A model generated the notes under the pieces. The model did not search any database. It was not told the origin of the DNA and saw only the letters and a program-made list of their open reading frames with translations. DNA of 64,000 bases from Ignavibacteriota bacterium (GTDB lineage: Bacteria > Bacteroidota > Ignavibacteria > UBA10030 > UBA6906), in NCBI GenBank assembly GCA_963801355.1, contig CAWDEM010000008.1:2176001-2240000 (forward strand). The letters run 5' to 3'. Positions 1 to 6,800 of the stretch are shown here, piece by piece. How positions within the stretch are numbered: the first letter of the stretch is position 1; each line of letters begins with the position of its first letter. The position numbers and the translations under genes were made by a program.

Positions 1-185
1 CATTCTTGGTCATTCCGCGTTCTCCCTAAATGGTGATCCGATCGTCCCGATTGTTTTCAGAATCCGCTTGAGAAGACGACCACCGCAAATTGCATCGACG
101 GAGTATCAGAATCTCTCTGCAGAGATTCGTTGTTTCAGTTTGGTTGAGAGGCTGAAGGACTTCAATGGTGTCTGTCGAAATGTGA

Positions 186-207
186 ATCCCGCCTTCTCTG
201 GCGGGAT
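186..207. repeat. GC-rich inverted repeat (REP-like or terminator-like hairpin)
   Basis: atcccgcc-ttctct-ggcgggat, a perfect 8-bp stem immediately outside the tRNA 3'-end copy. Confidence 0.5.
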
Positions 208-212
208 CCGGA

Positions 213-228
213 GCGGAGAGCGAGGGAT
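213..228 (-). repeat. Duplicated tRNA-Ser 3' end (attR-like direct repeat)
   Basis: gcggagagcgagggat is identical to 21446-21461 within tRNA-Ser. Confidence 0.8.
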
Positions 229-454
229 ACGTTTCGGACGTGCAGTGAGTTTGCTGAATTGGCCGGAAATCAGAAATCGCGAGGATTATTGAGCGCTTAC
301 CAACACCGGCTCTCCCGACGCTTCCCTGCTGTTCCTTATTCTTCCCCGACGAGTGAACGCTTTTTGGGTACCAAGATGTCGTTGTGTGACTGTTGACAAT
401 CCAATATACCATCGGCCGGAACGGCTGTCAAGGCTTCTTCGCACGTTTCTTTGG

Positions 455-823
455 CTAGCGAACTAGTAGAAGCTTCTTCGTTTCCACGTGTGTCCATGCT
501 CCGCTCTTGGAGTCTCGCCCGACGGCGGAGTCCAGAGGGCGGACTTGCAGCCGGTAGAAGTAGACGCCGCTCGACAGGCCGCTCCCCTCGAACTTGACAC
601 ACCTGGTTCGTCGAGGATCTTTGCGCTGGTAACAGCATTGTCGGCAATGCTCGCGGGTGTACAGGCGGAACGTCACGTTGTAGTTCCCATCAGGCACTAC
701 GGTGGAGCCGCTGACAAGCGTCCCTTGGTAGCTCAGGATCCTTGGCATTTGTGCAGTTGCTTTCGAGAGAATGACAATTACCAGGAAAGCCGCGGCGAGA
801 AGAGTAGCAAGAGCGGGTTTCAT
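455..823 (-). pseudogene. Internally deleted T9SS-sorted protein (signal peptide + YQG N-terminus fused to a CTD tail)
   Basis: Signal peptide and AQMPRILSYQG start; ends KFEGSGLSSGVYFYRLQ...KKLLLVR but lacks QNYPNPFN; out-of-frame IADNAVTSAKILDEPGV fragment at 598-660. Confidence 0.7.
500..544. repeat. 45-nt palindromic in-frame insertion in a T9SS CTD, copy 1
   Basis: Encodes VRPLDSAVGRDSKSG; 44/45 identical to 17876-17920; imperfect hairpin. Confidence 0.85.
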
Positions 824-927
824 ACTCTGCCTCCACGTTGTGGTGCAAGAAGATTCACAAAAAAAAACTCTTCATCCTTCCGGACAAAGAGGTCTCTTCA
901 CATTTCCTTCCCCACAAACTTGCGCAA

Positions 928-959
928 CGTCAGGTGCAGCCGCTGGTTAGGTTGCCGCC
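928..959 (-). mobile_element. Truncated attC (R'' and L'' only)
   Basis: Minus strand ACCTAAC-CAGCG-GCTGCACC contains the gene's TAA; L'' is identical to that of the attC at 2472-2631; no right half found. Confidence 0.7.
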
Positions 960-1564
960 TTTGCTGCCTCCTGCGGAAATCCCTTGAACCTCCCAATGAC
1001 TACGATAATGGCATATATGGAAAATGCAATTGAGAGTGCTAGGAAGGTCCATGTAGCGAAATCGCCTACAGTGAGCGCAATGTGAAATAGATCGCCTCTA
1101 AAGCCTGTAGCAAATCCAATGGTTTCACATACTAAGTCAAAAGTAGGTCTCAAACACAGCAACATGAAGAGAAATCCAATGAGAAAAGCGTTATGAGAGA
1201 GTTTCCGTTGAAGAACGTAAACGCCAACTGCAATGCTCAAAAGATCGAAAAAGTAAGGCGAAATAGTCATGATCAACTGGCTCCATTCGTTGATGAAGCC
1301 CTCTGATTTGATCCACGCCCCACCAGTCTCTCCAGCCCAAAACCTAGGAATGAGTTTGACTTCGACAATCTCAGCACCAACAAGATATGCGCCAAGCAGA
1401 TGGCTCAATTCATGTATAGGCGCGTAGACGAAATACCACAGTATTGGAATGGTAGACATGCACGCCACCATCGTTTGTTGTTTCCAAGTTCCCCTTAGGT
1501 AGAGCACAAGAAGGGGAGCAACGACGGTGAAGAGTATTTCGAAAGTGATCAGTAGATGGTTCAT
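947..1564 (-). CDS. Cassette-borne membrane protein with HExxH motif (M50-like putative zinc metallopeptidase)
   Basis: Several hydrophobic helices; PIHELSH motif; visibly AT-richer than the host. Confidence 0.65.
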   Translation of the reverse strand: MNHLLITFEILFTVVAPLLVLYLRGTWKQQTMVACMSTIPILWYFVYAPIHELSHLLGAYLVGAEIVEVKLIPRFWAGETGGAWIKSEGFINEWSQLIMTISPYFFDLLSIAVGVYVLQRKLSHNAFLIGFLFMLLCLRPTFDLVCETIGFATGFRGDLFHIALTVGDFATWTFLALSIAFSIYAIIVVIGRFKGFPQEAAKAAT

Positions 1565-1577
1565 GAAAATGGCGGCA

Positions 1578-1637
1578 ACCTAACGCCCGCATTAAGCCGC
1601 GCCGCAAAGCGGCGTCGGCTTCAATGATTTGTTAGGC
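1578..1637 (-). mobile_element. attC site (60 bp)
   Basis: Minus strand GCCTAAC AAATC ATTGAAGC CGACGCCGC TTT GCGGCGCG GCTTAAT GCGGGC GTTAGGT: R''/L''/L'/R' with an extrahelical base. Confidence 0.9.
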
Positions 1638-1683
1638 ATGATTGGATTTCCCCCACTTTCTGAGTCGCCCGGTAATCCCCTCA

Positions 1684-2430
1684 TCACCGCGGCATCAGCG
1701 CGAACACACCCCAGCCCAGGTATTTACGCGTGTAAGCAGCGTAGCGCTCTGGTTCCGAGGTCAGTTTGGCTCGAACATCTTTCGCGAGCTCGTCCTCGGG
1801 ATTGGCTTCAAGCCATCGGCGCATGGTGAGCCATTTGGCCGCCTCGTATCTGTCAAAGCCGTCCTGGTCAGCCAGAACCATTTCAACGACATCGTAGCCA
1901 AGATGGTCGAAAGACGCGAGAAGTTCTGGAAGCATGAGAAAGTCGGAGATCGAGTTGGCAAGACACCCCTTGGCAACATCTTCCGTCGGCGGTAACTGCC
2001 GCCAGTAGGGCTCGCCGATGAGGATGATCCCTCCGGTGCGCAGGCTTCGCGCCAGGAGCTCGATAGTGCCGACGACTCCCCCGGCGATCCAAGTGGCACC
2101 GACACAGGCTGCCACACTGACCTTCTCGTCAGAGACATAGCCGGCAGCATCGCCATGGATGAACTTGACTTGATCGGCGACGCCGAGTTCTTCAGCACGG
2201 AGTTTCGCTTGCTCGGTGAACAACTGGCTCATGTCGATGCCGATGCCGATGACGCCGTGATCGCGTGCCCAGGTGCACAGCATCTCCCCCGAACCGCTGC
2301 CGAGGTCGAGCACTCGGGCCCCCGATTCCAGACGCAGCGCCGCGCCGAGTGTGGCGAGCTTTTCGGGTGTGATCGGGTTGTGGATGCGGTGAGCACTCTC
2401 AGTGATATTGAATATCCGTGGGATGTCCAC
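1684..2430 (-). CDS. Class I SAM-dependent methyltransferase (YjhP-like), cassette-borne
   Basis: VLDLGSGSGE motif I; FIHGDA; GGIILIGEPYW. Confidence 0.9.
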   Translation of the reverse strand: MDIPRIFNITESAHRIHNPITPEKLATLGAALRLESGARVLDLGSGSGEMLCTWARDHGVIGIGIDMSQLFTEQAKLRAEELGVADQVKFIHGDAAGYVSDEKVSVAACVGATWIAGGVVGTIELLARSLRTGGIILIGEPYWRQLPPTEDVAKGCLANSISDFLMLPELLASFDHLGYDVVEMVLADQDGFDRYEAAKWLTMRRWLEANPEDELAKDVRAKLTSEPERYAAYTRKYLGWGVFALMPR

Positions 2431-2471
2431 TGTGGAAACTTTCCTTACGGGTGTGAATAGATTCGGTCACT

Positions 2472-2631
2472 GCCTAACTGCGGCTCACCCGCGGCAACGA
2501 GACCGCTTGGGTTTCACTGCCGGAAACGAACCAAACCAAAACTATTTCAAATGACGACCATCTTTAACTCTGCTTCACACCTGCCAACCACCACCGCCGG
2601 CAATTCCGTCGGGTGCAGCCGCTTGTTAGGC
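2472..2631 (-). mobile_element. attC site (160 bp)
   Basis: Minus strand R'' GCCTAAC (contains the upstream gene's TAA), L'' GCTGCACC, long central loop, L' GGTGAGC, R' GTTAGGC. Confidence 0.88.
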
Positions 2632-3288
2632 GTCATTGTGCCCTTGGCGCCGGAGTACAACATGGGTGGCTTTCTCCGACGCAACGAACTGAACGCATTC
2701 GTATCCTAGAGCGCGCACGTCAATCCCCTCGAACAGTCGCTCTCCCCCGCCCAGCAGGACCGGCGAGATAGCGACGTGCAGCTTATCTATGAGACCCGTA
2801 CGAAGATATTGCTGGATAGTGTTAGGTCCGCCGCCAATGCGCACATCCATTCCGTTGGCTGCGTCGCGCGCCCGGTCAAGCGCCTCGTGAATACCACCGG
2901 TGACGAAGTAGAATGTCGTCCCGCCTTCCATCTGGATGGGCGGGCGCGCGTGATGAGTCAAGATGAAAGTTGGAACGTGATAAGGTGGGTTGTCCCCCCA
3001 CCAGCCTTTCCAGTTCATGTCGGGCCAGGAACCGCGAATCGGTCCGAACATGTTTCTTCCGAGAATCCAGGCGCCAATATTCTTGAAGCCCCGCGCAGCG
3101 AAGTCGTCATCGATCCCCGTTGTGCCACCGTCGGCGCCAAATAGGGTCCGTTGGATCGTGCGTGTCGGGACTAACCACTGGTGCAAATCTGTACCGCCCA
3201 CGCCGAGCGGATTCCTGATGTCCTGATTCGGACCAGCTCCGTATCCGTCAAGCGAGATGGTAAAGCCCTCAACTCGGACGCGTGTCAT
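2626..3288 (-). CDS. Dihydrofolate reductase/RibD C-terminal family protein, cassette-borne
   Basis: ISLDGY, ILGRNMF, VRIGGG and PVLLGGGERLF motifs; start moved to MTRVRV. Confidence 0.85.
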   Translation of the reverse strand: MTRVRVEGFTISLDGYGAGPNQDIRNPLGVGGTDLHQWLVPTRTIQRTLFGADGGTTGIDDDFAARGFKNIGAWILGRNMFGPIRGSWPDMNWKGWWGDNPPYHVPTFILTHHARPPIQMEGGTTFYFVTGGIHEALDRARDAANGMDVRIGGGPNTIQQYLRTGLIDKLHVAISPVLLGGGERLFEGIDVRALGYECVQFVASEKATHVVLRRQGHNDA

Positions 3289-3318
3289 TGTCACTATGAT
3301 TGCACCCTGAAGATCCAA

Positions 3319-3347
3319 ACGCATTCGTCTGCTGTTCACCCGCAGCA
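3319..3347 (-). mobile_element. Degenerate attC right half
   Basis: GCGGGTGAACAGCAG matches GCGGGTGAGCCGCAG of the 160-bp attC at 13/15 positions; R' decayed to GAATGCG. Confidence 0.5.
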
Positions 3348-3436
3348 GTTTGTGCTCCTACTATACAAACGTTCGGCTGGCCCAGAGCCCCCTACGCTTC
3401 GGGAACAAACGGCGACGGCAGTATAGGCAGCCCACA

Positions 3437-3508
3437 TCACACACTACCCCGACTCCTGTTGTTGTTCTGAAACTCCTCCACTTCGTTCATTTCTTTCAGG
3501 ACCTTCAT
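3437..3508 (-). pseudogene. Remnant of unknown small-ORF family, copy 1
   Basis: MKVLKEMNEVEEFQNNNRSRGSV* is colinear with 12545-12616 and 13467-13538. Confidence 0.6.
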
Positions 3509-3760
3509 TTTGACCGGACCCCAGTGTTGATGCCAATGTTGAGTCTTTTCCGCTTCTCCCAGGCATAGACACCCTGACGCAGGGAGTTTGTTTCCGATGT
3601 TGATGGTCGCCAAGCTGGTAATTGAAAAGCCTCTCCCATCCTTCCGGACAGAAGAGGCTTCAGCTCTTTCCCCGGCACGTCTCTCCCCAAGGACGTTCTA
3701 TGAGGAGAAGTTAGCACGATGAATTGGCATAATCAAGGCAAATATTTGGTGAGTATCCCC

Positions 3761-3793
3761 AAAAGGGCCCGGTGATGAATGCCGAACCCTTTT
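3761..3793 (-). terminator. Intrinsic terminator after the T9SS gene
   Basis: Minus strand AAAAGGGTTCGG-loop-CCGGGCCCTTTT; near-identical copy at 13592-13623. Confidence 0.7.
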
Positions 3794-3814
3794 GTTTACC
3801 TCATCCACCAGAAC

Positions 3815-6800
3815 TCATCTCACGAGCAACAACTTGCGCGTCTCCACGAACGATCCCGCTTGCAGCCTGTAGAAGTACACGCCGCTTGCGAGTCCAGATG
3901 CGTCGAACTTGATCTCGTGATACCCCGCTTCCCTTCTTTCATTCACCAGCCCGAGTACCTCACGACCGAGCATATCGAAGACGCTCAATCTCACCTCCGA
4001 GGACTTCGGCAATTCGTACTTGATGGTCGTGCTTGGGTTGAAGGGGTTGGGGTAGTTCTGTTCAAGACAAAATGAAAGGGGGAGCACTACCTCGTTGTCC
4101 GCGGCGGTTGTCGCTGAGAAATATTGAATATCGAGAGTGTCAATAGTGGAATCGGCGAGCGTATAGCTTTGCCGGGATTTCATGTTCACATTCACAGTCC
4201 TTCCTGCAGTCCGATCCTTCAACATCATTGTTCCTGGTGGGAGTCCGATCGAATCCCATTCCAATGTTATCGGATACCCGCAGGAAGCGGGGTGGAACGA
4301 GAAAGTCCACAGAATCGAGCTAAGTGTGTCGCTCCGTATGTCCGTGAGCGATGTCATTCCGGATTGAGACGGCATTATGAATCGACGGTCAAGACTGACT
4401 GTTGAGAGACGTGGCGGAAGGGGATACTCATTGAAGGTCGAGTCAAAACCATCTGTGGCACTTGGCGCCTGTCCGAAAATGAGCCATCCGTTTGAACCGG
4501 ATGGGTCTTCCAGCGTCAGCATGGCCGACCAGGTCGGTTTCGGGACGGTCGTTCGCAGGATGAAACCGTTGTCGCCGACGATCGTGCCAATCTCCCGGCC
4601 CACAAAACTGACGTCACGCAGCGACCATGTCGTCCCACTTCCCTGCCGACGCCATGTGAGTCCTGCATCGGATGTCCTCAGAATCAAGCCGTCAGTTCCC
4701 ACCGCACAGGCCCGCAGTGAGTCGAGGCACCAGACTCCCGACAAGCTGTTGCTGAAGCCCGTGGCAATCCTGGTCCATGTCGTGCCTGCGTCAGTTGTCC
4801 GCAAAATCACTCCACCGTCACCCACTGCGACTCCAGTGGTGTAATTGCCAAATGAGACACTCCTCAAAGCGGAGTAATCATCAGAGGTCCCCTGAGGGGA
4901 CCAGCTGAGGCCCGAATCGGTCGTATAGAGTATCGTCTCTCCACCGCCAACGACCCATCCACATCCATTTTCTGCAAAGGTCACATCAAAAAGTGTCGCT
5001 GCCACTCCACTGGACACGGGAGTCCAGCTTAGAGCAGCATTCGTTGTCCGGAGGATCCTTCCCGAGCTGCCTACGATGATACCCACGGTTGATGGTGCAA
5101 AATGGACGCCGTAGAAATTGGTGGACATAGGGTCAGTCGTTTGGTCCCATGTCGCGCCGGCGTCGGCTGTTCGCAAAACAATCCCCTCATCCCCCACAAC
5201 GCAGGCCTTGCTCGGGTCCAAGAAAGAGGCCGCATTGAACCCCTGGTAGGTGCTGAGAGTTCCTTGTGCCCAGACCGCGCCTCCATTCGTTGTCGTGAGA
5301 ATGATACCTGGTGACCCCGCGATGATGCCCTGTCGAGGGTTGGGAAGAGAGGTGCTCACAAGAGTCGTGGTGATATTGCTGTTTTGAATCTCCCATCCGT
5401 CGGGTGGCATAGGCGTTCTGAATTGAAAAGCCGAACCGTAGGTGGTCCCGCCCTGACTCACCGCCTTCACGCGCACATGATAGGTCGTGTCGGAGATCAA
5501 ATCGGCTAGCACGACACTCTTCACCGAGAACGTCCCAGTGAGTGCGGCTACTGAATTGGGGATGGCCGGGACGGATTTGCCGAAACTTGAGTCTGTGCCG
5601 TATTCGAAACTGACGAAGGTCTTCGCTCCTCGTGGTTCTACATACCCGAAGAACTGAATTGCATTGTAGAGATAGGAATTCACCCACACAGACGATACTA
5701 CGGGGGGAGGAGGTACGAACCTCCTCAGCGTGATGGAATAATCTCCGGTCGCTGCAAGCATCTGGCTCGACCTTCTCCCTGAATCAATGCCCCCATCCTC
5801 CAGTCGAGCTGCGGCACGAATCGGAGGTTCAGAATTCGACACTGCGTCTTTGTTGCCTCGGCCGACCGTGGCGTTTGGAAAGTTGCCAGAGGAGCCGGAG
5901 GAAGAATAACGCAAAAAGTAGAGTCCGGATGCTGGAATCATGTGAACGAGATGTTGCGAGTAAGGAGGACCGGCATCAGTGTATCCATGTGCAAGGATCC
6001 TTCCTGCGCTGTCGAAGAGAACAACCGTTGCGTAGAACTGGCCATTAGTCCTCTCGCCTGCCAGTATCTCAACGGTGTCGCCGGCCGACGCTGCAAAGAA
6101 GAAGTAGTCTACGTCATTTGGGGGACTGATCGTGCCGTACACCGTGTCGCCATAAACAATACTGTTCGCCACAGAAGCCGAGTTGTTGGGCTCAGCCTCC
6201 GTAGAGGGCCCTACTACGGCGATGGCAAACGTGGTATCGCTGAGGTCGACGAACGACGCACTGTCGACAGATGCGATACGCACTTTGCAGGTCAGTGACG
6301 GCGAGTTCGGCACAATCAACGCCTTCGATGAGCCACCGGCCGGAACAACTCCCAAAGATGACCATGTCGCACCACTATCGACTGTCAGCCAGAGTTCCAC
6401 ATCGCCGATCGCCCATGCACCCCAGCGAATAGTCTTCGTTGAGCCGACTTTCCATACCTCCTTGCCGTTGGGGGATTGAAGATGGACGTAGGGCTTCCTG
6501 AGAATCGTGCCACCGAGCCCGACAAGGACAGGGGATGGGAGGTTCTTGAGAGCCACCGTGGTCAAGTCGTTGAATGTGCCAGTCTCCTCCCGATTCCATG
6601 TCACGCCGCCGTCCGTGGTGATGTAGAGACGCCCGTGGTAACCGCCGATCCAGCCATTCATAGAGTCTGCAAATGCCAGAGTTTGCATCGGCCATTTGTC
6701 TTCCCCCGTGGGATGAGGCGTCCATGATGCGCCGCCATCGGTGGTTCGAGCAACTACGCCAAAGCTGGGCAAAGCCCATCCGTACTTTGTTCCATAGAAG

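Larger units (their letters stand above)
928..3347 (-). mobile_element. Integron gene-cassette array without integrase in this window (CALIN-like), 3 cassettes
   Basis: Three co-oriented single genes with short leaders, each followed by an attC or attC half. Confidence 0.85.

Noticed and set aside
26-412. ORFs 26-412, 336-647 and 488-1033 as genes
   Set aside because: They have no motifs and run across hairpins, the att repeat or the pseudogene. A real minus-strand gene may start at 13 (GGAG then ATG), but too little of it is visible to call.
2626-3288. Cassette DHFR-like gene as a dfrA trimethoprim resistance gene
   Set aside because: Its length and motifs fit the RibD C-terminal/DHFR-like family, not DfrA. 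Resistance cannot be inferred.
3350-3760. intI or attI upstream of the cassette array
   Set aside because: No tyrosine recombinase motifs and no convincing attI are visible; only short remnants are present.
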